DNA of 20,000 nucleotides. Source: an uncultured virus (IMG/VR IMGVR_UViG_3300030104_003133). Its lineage: Duplodnaviria; Heunggongvirae; Uroviricota; Caudoviricetes. The translations under genes and the position numbers were made by a program. Positions within the stretch are counted from its first letter, which is position 1; each line of letters starts with the position of its first letter. The stretch is taken from the IMG/VR virus record IMGVR_UViG_3300030104_003133, one strand, 5' to 3'. Below the pieces are notes generated by a model, which saw only the letters and a program-made list of their open reading frames with translations, ran no database searches and was not told the origin of the DNA. Below, one piece after another: positions 16,301 through 20,000 of the stretch.

Positions 16301-19300
16301 TTGGTTGTTGTTATTGTAAATCCTAATGATTGTGGTGTCTTCCATCTTGGGTATGAGAAGTTGCTTATCTTAGGTACTGTATCTATATCCTGTAAAGACT
16401 CAGCATCAATAGGAGTAAAGTGCCAATCAAATGTAGCCTCTACTAATCTCATTACTCCAAATCTCTTGATGCTTGTAGGTGTAGTAGAAGAGGAATTTAT
16501 TTTGTGAATATTATAGTTGGATTCGCTCGCTAATGATTGGAAACTACCACCTGTGTAATTAGTGTGACCAATGCTAGAAGTGTCTTTCTGTCCTGTTTTT
16601 TCTGTCAATAAACCATAGTTAGTAAAGGCACTCGATTTGAATAGGCTATTGTATCGTAGTTTAGATTCTGGATATAAATCTCCAACACTTAGCAGTTCGT
16701 ATTTTTTGGTTCTAAAGTCCTTTTGCTCTACATCTCTAATTGATGTTGTTGCTACTGTTGTTCCTGTTCTTGTTGCAGGAAATTGCTTTGGTAATAGAGT
16801 GAGTTTGTCGCTACCTGTATAGTTATCATCATGGAAGTTACTCCCAAGAATAGGCTTGTTGCTAGTGGTCGCATAATCTGTACTGTTAATTGAGCCATCA
16901 GCGTTTATTCTATATGCAGATGCATATCCCATAATCTTTTGATTTCTAGGAGAGTCATTCAAAACAGATGTGAAAGTTTCTTTCAGTTCGCCCGGATTCA
17001 CTCTTTGTATTGGGTTGTATTTGAATGCCTTACTTGAAACATATTCTGATGTGTTATCGCTCTTGAGAGTATGAATGAATCCCGACTTTGGAATGTTTCT
17101 GTTAACCAAATACAGATTGCTATTCGCAGATGTAAATGTGCTATCTGAACTATTATTCTCTATGCTACCTAGAACAATTGGGAATGTAGGAGCAAGCGTG
17201 ATTGTAGTTAATCCATCTTGTGAAACGCTATCTAACACATTGAAGTATGTAGATGTAGAAAGACTATGTATAGAACTCAATGTTGTAGACACTTCGCTTT
17301 CTAATCCTATCTTGAATGCAAACTTAGAATCCTTTGCTCCTATACTATTTGTATCTATGATATCAAAACCAAGAGAATTATCTATATTGTAACTTCCAGA
17401 TGCAGAAGCATATGCTAAATCTGCATAGGTAATATTAGTTGTTATTGGGCCAGTACCACTATCATTAAATTTGACTTTTTCTCCATCTACAAAGACTACT
17501 CCTTTATCTCCTATTGAAGTAAAGTCGGTAGGCGAAGTAGTAAGCGTTGGGTTTGCTGAAAGTGCTTTTATTCCTGTGATGTATGTGCCTGTATCTCTTC
17601 TGTATAACTTAACAGTAGCACCACTATTCACTTGTGTTTCTGATATGTTTGGGCTTCTGAGCGTAATAGTATAATCTCTATAACCACTACCAAAAGCAAT
17701 AGCAACAGTACCAACCACACTTATTTCACCAAGCAAATTACCACTACTATCCATTAGAACATCGAATGGTTTTGGTGCTATACCCAAGGTGTTTTGAGCA
17801 TCAGTTATTCTAATCTCTGTCCCTGTTCCTGTGGCAGTTAAGTCACCATCAATTGTTACATTGACAGTATTATCTAACATAGGTGAAAGAGTAGAATGAA
17901 TAATATCATTGGTATGGTTCAAGTTCTTATTAGTAGTATTACCAAGCAGTTTCGATAGTTTATCCCTACCTGTTATCTCATAAGTGACCATACCATTCTT
18001 GTTCTGTGAATTGATATCTTCAACACTACCATTGAATACTTCTTCATCAATGGCATAGTTACCTGATAGATAATACAACATGGATATTGGAGTTGTCTGA
18101 TAATATTTCTTACTTGTAAAATCGGATGACAATTTAATTTGTTTATGTACTGAATCACCATAGTCAATGTCTATTTGATGGTTAACAAATTCTGGACTGA
18201 GCAATACTAGTTTGTTATCATTCAAAGAAGCATTTGTTTTGCTGATTGTGTTTCCATTGATAGTGAGTCTTTGGAAGGTATTGCTACCATATACTGCTTC
18301 TGTATCTATTGGAAATGTCCCTTTTAGAGAGCCATTCCATGCTCTAATATATGCTATTTCATTAGAGAATGAAGGCATTGATGATATGTTATTCCATGTC
18401 GCTTCACTATCAGTCTTTATCTTATTTACAGTTATATCCTGTACTCTAACTCCACCTACAACCGCAGGGGCAGTAAAGGCTGAAATAACATAGTAATTTT
18501 TTGCTACTCGTATCAAATCATTTACCTTTAGGAAATTATCATTTCTCACATCAAAAAGTTCTGTGATTTCGTTCAGTCTAATTTTGTTTCCTGTTATGCT
18601 AGTTACAGTAAAGGGTAGTTTGTATGTATTAAGAGCAGACGAATGTAATGTGTTTCTTACTGTAAAGGAATGGTCTTCTTTGAGTTTTAGATGTTGTATT
18701 CCTGACATATCGAATACTTTCGCTCTTGCTATCTGGCTCATTTTGTTTCGAGGGAAATTAACTGATGCTTCTAATACAGGGTCTACTATGTTGTTCTTTA
18801 GGTTAGAAGACTTGTAGTATAGGTATCTGCTTGGCCCTGTAAAACTACCATGATTGAATCTATATGTTCCTGTTGCGAATGTATCTGAATGTGCAGAAGT
18901 TTTGTCTTCTGTGCTTCTACTATAATTCCTAAATGCATATCCCCATCTATCAGGAGTAAATGTGTATGTGCTTGCAGTATCGAAATCAGTTGCACTATCT
19001 GTTCCTACTTCTATAATATCTTTACTTCTTTGATTGTCTACTAAAACTGCGTTGTGTTTTATTGGCCCTAAATCAGTAATGTTAACTCCATACTCCTGTT
19101 CCGTTAGGAATATTGTTTGTTGGATGTCCCTACCAACATAGTATCTATCGGCTGCGTCAATTAAACTAGAGGTTGAAGGGGATAGGCTTCTTCTAGGATA
19201 ATCCAAAGTAATTGTACTACCTACACTATTATACGATGCTATATTACCTATCCATTGAACATTACCATTTTCAATTCCTTTGTATAAACTTCTACCAATA

Positions 19301-20000
19301 TCTGCATCGGTAAAACTCCCTGTGTGTTTTGCTACAACGTATGTTGATTGATATGCAGTAACTTGATTTGTAGTGTTTGACCTTATTCTGCCCTTTTCAA
19401 TCCAATCGCTATACCACCTACAAGTTGTCAATTGATACTTCGTATTGTAATCCAGTTGGTCTTTGTGTTGTAGTCTATCCTCATAGAAATACCAAGTTGG
19501 TCTACTTACTGTACTGCTAACATCATACTTATTGAATAGGAATGTTCTACCAGAAGTAGTGTCTGTCTTCCCCCTTAATCCATATGATACTGCAACTACA
19601 CTAGTATCTGTTTTTGCCGGGCCTTCGTAAATTTCAAAGTTAGTGTCTTTAGGTATAGACTTTGGATAACGTGGCTCAAACTCAAAACCATCGCCATAGT
19701 AATCATAAGTAGTCAAACGCTTTATCTTAGCAAAGTGTGGTCTATTTGCTACTGCTCCATCATCTCCTCTTATTTCTGGATTAATTAAAACGAAGTAGTC
19801 TTTTGTTTCTAAGTCCATACCCGGCCCTGTTGAACCTGCTAATAACTGACCAGTAGTAGAAGCATTCTCATCATATATCCTTATCTTGTAAGCCGAAGTT
19901 TCTTGCTTGTTTGTTGCATAGTTAGCAAGGGTTGTCTGGTTATTTGCAGAAGGTATTATTCTGTTAACAAGCCTAGTCTTGGAGTGACCTTCTATTATTG
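13384..20000 (-). CDS. Giant tail/baseplate hub-like structural protein (>2200 aa, 5'-truncated by window)
   Basis: The frame has no stop from 19819 to 20000, so the Met at 19818 is probably internal. Hub-like motifs: VFNGSVEDI...YEITGRDKLSKLL, then VFTAVNFLASKKG, NKVVVIG, EAQVKAEQLL and KPGDLITL...YIVYEIE. Confidence 0.72.
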   Translation of the reverse strand, partial: IIEGHSKTRLVNRIIPSANNQTTLANYATNKQETSAYKIRIYDENASTTGQLLAGSTGPGMDLETKDYFVLINPEIRGDDGAVANRPHFAKIKRLTTYDYYGDGFEFEPRYPKSIPKDTNFEIYEGPAKTDTSVVAVSYGLRGKTDTTSGRTFLFNKYDVSSTVSRPTWYFYEDRLQHKDQLDYNTKYQLTTCRWYSDWIEKGRIRSNTTNQVTAYQSTYVVAKHTGSFTDADIGRSLYKGIENGNVQWIGNIASYNSVGSTITLDYPRRSLSPSTSSLIDAADRYYVGRDIQQTIFLTEQEYGVNITDLGPIKHNAVLVDNQRSKDIIEVGTDSATDFDTASTYTFTPDRWGYAFRNYSRSTEDKTSAHSDTFATGTYRFNHGSFTGPSRYLYYKSSNLKNNIVDPVLEASVNFPRNKMSQIARAKVFDMSGIQHLKLKEDHSFTVRNTLHSSALNTYKLPFTVTSITGNKIRLNEITELFDVRNDNFLKVNDLIRVAKNYYVISAFTAPAVVGGVRVQDITVNKIKTDSEATWNNISSMPSFSNEIAYIRAWNGSLKGTFPIDTEAVYGSNTFQRLTINGNTISKTNASLNDNKLVLLSPEFVNHQIDIDYGDSVHKQIKLSSDFTSKKYYQTTPISMLYYLSGNYAIDEEVFNGSVEDINSQNKNGMVTYEITGRDKLSKLLGNTTNKNLNHTNDIIHSTLSPMLDNTVNVTIDGDLTATGTGTEIRITDAQNTLGIAPKPFDVLMDSSGNLLGEISVVGTVAIAFGSGYRDYTITLRSPNISETQVNSGATVKLYRRDTGTYITGIKALSANPTLTTSPTDFTSIGDKGVVFVDGEKVKFNDSGTGPITTNITYADLAYASASGSYNIDNSLGFDIIDTNSIGAKDSKFAFKIGLESEVSTTLSSIHSLSTSTYFNVLDSVSQDGLTTITLAPTFPIVLGSIENNSSDSTFTSANSNLYLVNRNIPKSGFIHTLKSDNTSEYVSSKAFKYNPIQRVNPGELKETFTSVLNDSPRNQKIMGYASAYRINADGSINSTDYATTSNKPILGSNFHDDNYTGSDKLTLLPKQFPATRTGTTVATTSIRDVEQKDFRTKKYELLSVGDLYPESKLRYNSLFKSSAFTNYGLLTEKTGQKDTSSIGHTNYTGGSFQSLASESNYNIHKINSSSTTPTSIKRFGVMRLVEATFDWHFTPIDAESLQDIDTVPKISNFSYPRWKTPQSLGFTITTTNAQNASTNQINCSGSVVRNFKEGDMFFKTSDGSLVARINGTGYATISTNGSGIITGSNVTVFQNTTSTSVFKANVRVFDMLTDDGFGLDSLNNANDMRHLAVYLTYGHVKKDGYFQHVDKLQSNSLGANPFIPNNIFLPIIPEIFNHDGSSSGNNDNFRRSPFHSEGDWALDFDGDSTTSQDEQDYAIKYWHYSRIINALQMQTFTTYDDDGDTSDDYPSPDQYKAARSTHLYDNCIGVFKHFRGAIKESQGSNQRDIISTSSLLQLDTQTNYNNYEENVGTQSDRQQHSRNMRIDQLGSPNVAYIGTKTKQAPFISGDDAVAQIGQQHHNDVTSTTGELYQTQMIIKPTIRTDLSKLGESTETTTITITMDANNTHNWIHYAPNLTGYYLVQLGDGKDTLKIISHTVNDSSTHAVHILTLNANFTQDQRYRLMRVSETTFDETPGFIEFNKEIHTGLQYNDTATRLDTGEPATMGATTTNFTGEGIVSMYVLLDVDDDLDSDNKMIENIDLVNQSLELFDNGEVIDCCITDGHTTTRKNITVSKDTTNNRESLRFDYEGTLSGNGVVSFGKAFTITTNTPIQNDVERAYIGTTMAIGLDAETAINEILNENDIEVDDSERNLTFTGAIVSGTSGNNITLQSAVATDVIANGDTIYNQDGKLIGLVASGQGTTTLTLDDVDYDSDSTVDTFYTPQQYEELVKYTRRPFIINTRFAENDVFTAVNFLASKKGLEYVFKGEKIQIRDIDDYSSRRIFSLRYRDGQNLISAENNTSLFDRANKVVVIGDNVKATTEMPTDKNTRTLTHIDSNIKYSKEAQVKAEQLLALHNAKTTKVTIEIERKDEMKLMKPGDLITLNFPNHNIPPDDYIVYEIENAMSAISKITVGTFNKTIAERLAEMNIERKGGFSTLLTKDVTAEVTSKSLFEEVGIDEVSLISQRAIPTGTTLGWATLIGWSTPMNAGSDVVTTEEIEL

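Larger units (their letters stand above)
1..20000. mobile_element. Fragment of a tailed dsDNA virus genome (Caudoviricetes), probably archaeal and magrovirus-like
   Basis: Tail fibre, fibre chaperone and hub-like genes sit next to an archaeal-type primase (PriS+PriL), ERCC4 nuclease and MCM-like helicase. Genes overlap tightly, GGTGA-type SD motifs recur and there are no cellular housekeeping genes. Viral origin is well supported; the host assignment is inference. Confidence 0.85.

Noticed and set aside
6187..18817. Many + strand ORFs of 60-262 aa (e.g. 8725-9513)
   Set aside because: They are antisense shadows of the two large tail genes, with V/L/P/A/S-rich mirror translations and no recognisable motifs.
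17973..18995. Alternate-frame minus-strand ORFs 17973-18167 and 18798-18995
   Set aside because: Short, nested within the giant tail gene and without recognisable motifs; expected by chance.
19816..19818. ORF-track start codon of the 2144-aa protein
   Set aside because: The frame stays open to the window edge, so the true start probably lies beyond 20000.

Overview
AT-rich, densely coding 20-kb fragment of a tailed dsDNA virus. The archaeal-type replication genes and GGTGA/GGAGGTGA ribosome-binding sites suggest an archaeal host, and the gene set fits marine Poseidoniales viruses (magroviruses); this is inference, with no search run. Two modules converge. The + strand (1-5003) is a tightly coupled replication/repair cluster: the C-terminus of a Cas4-like nuclease, a single-chain PriS-PriL primase, an ERCC4/XPF nuclease, an MCM-like AAA+ helicase lacking the usual N-terminal domain, a DUF4177-like protein, a DEDD exonuclease, a Zn-ribbon protein, and four microproteins missed by the ORF track. 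The - strand (5273-20000) is a tail module: a >2200-aa hub-like protein running off the window, a stand-alone tail-collar-like protein, a 2494-aa mosaic tail fibre and a fibre assembly chaperone. The only sizeable non-coding stretch (5004-5272) lies between them and holds many short inverted repeats. No tRNA, rRNA, CRISPR array or transposase was seen. All family calls come from motif recognition by eye.
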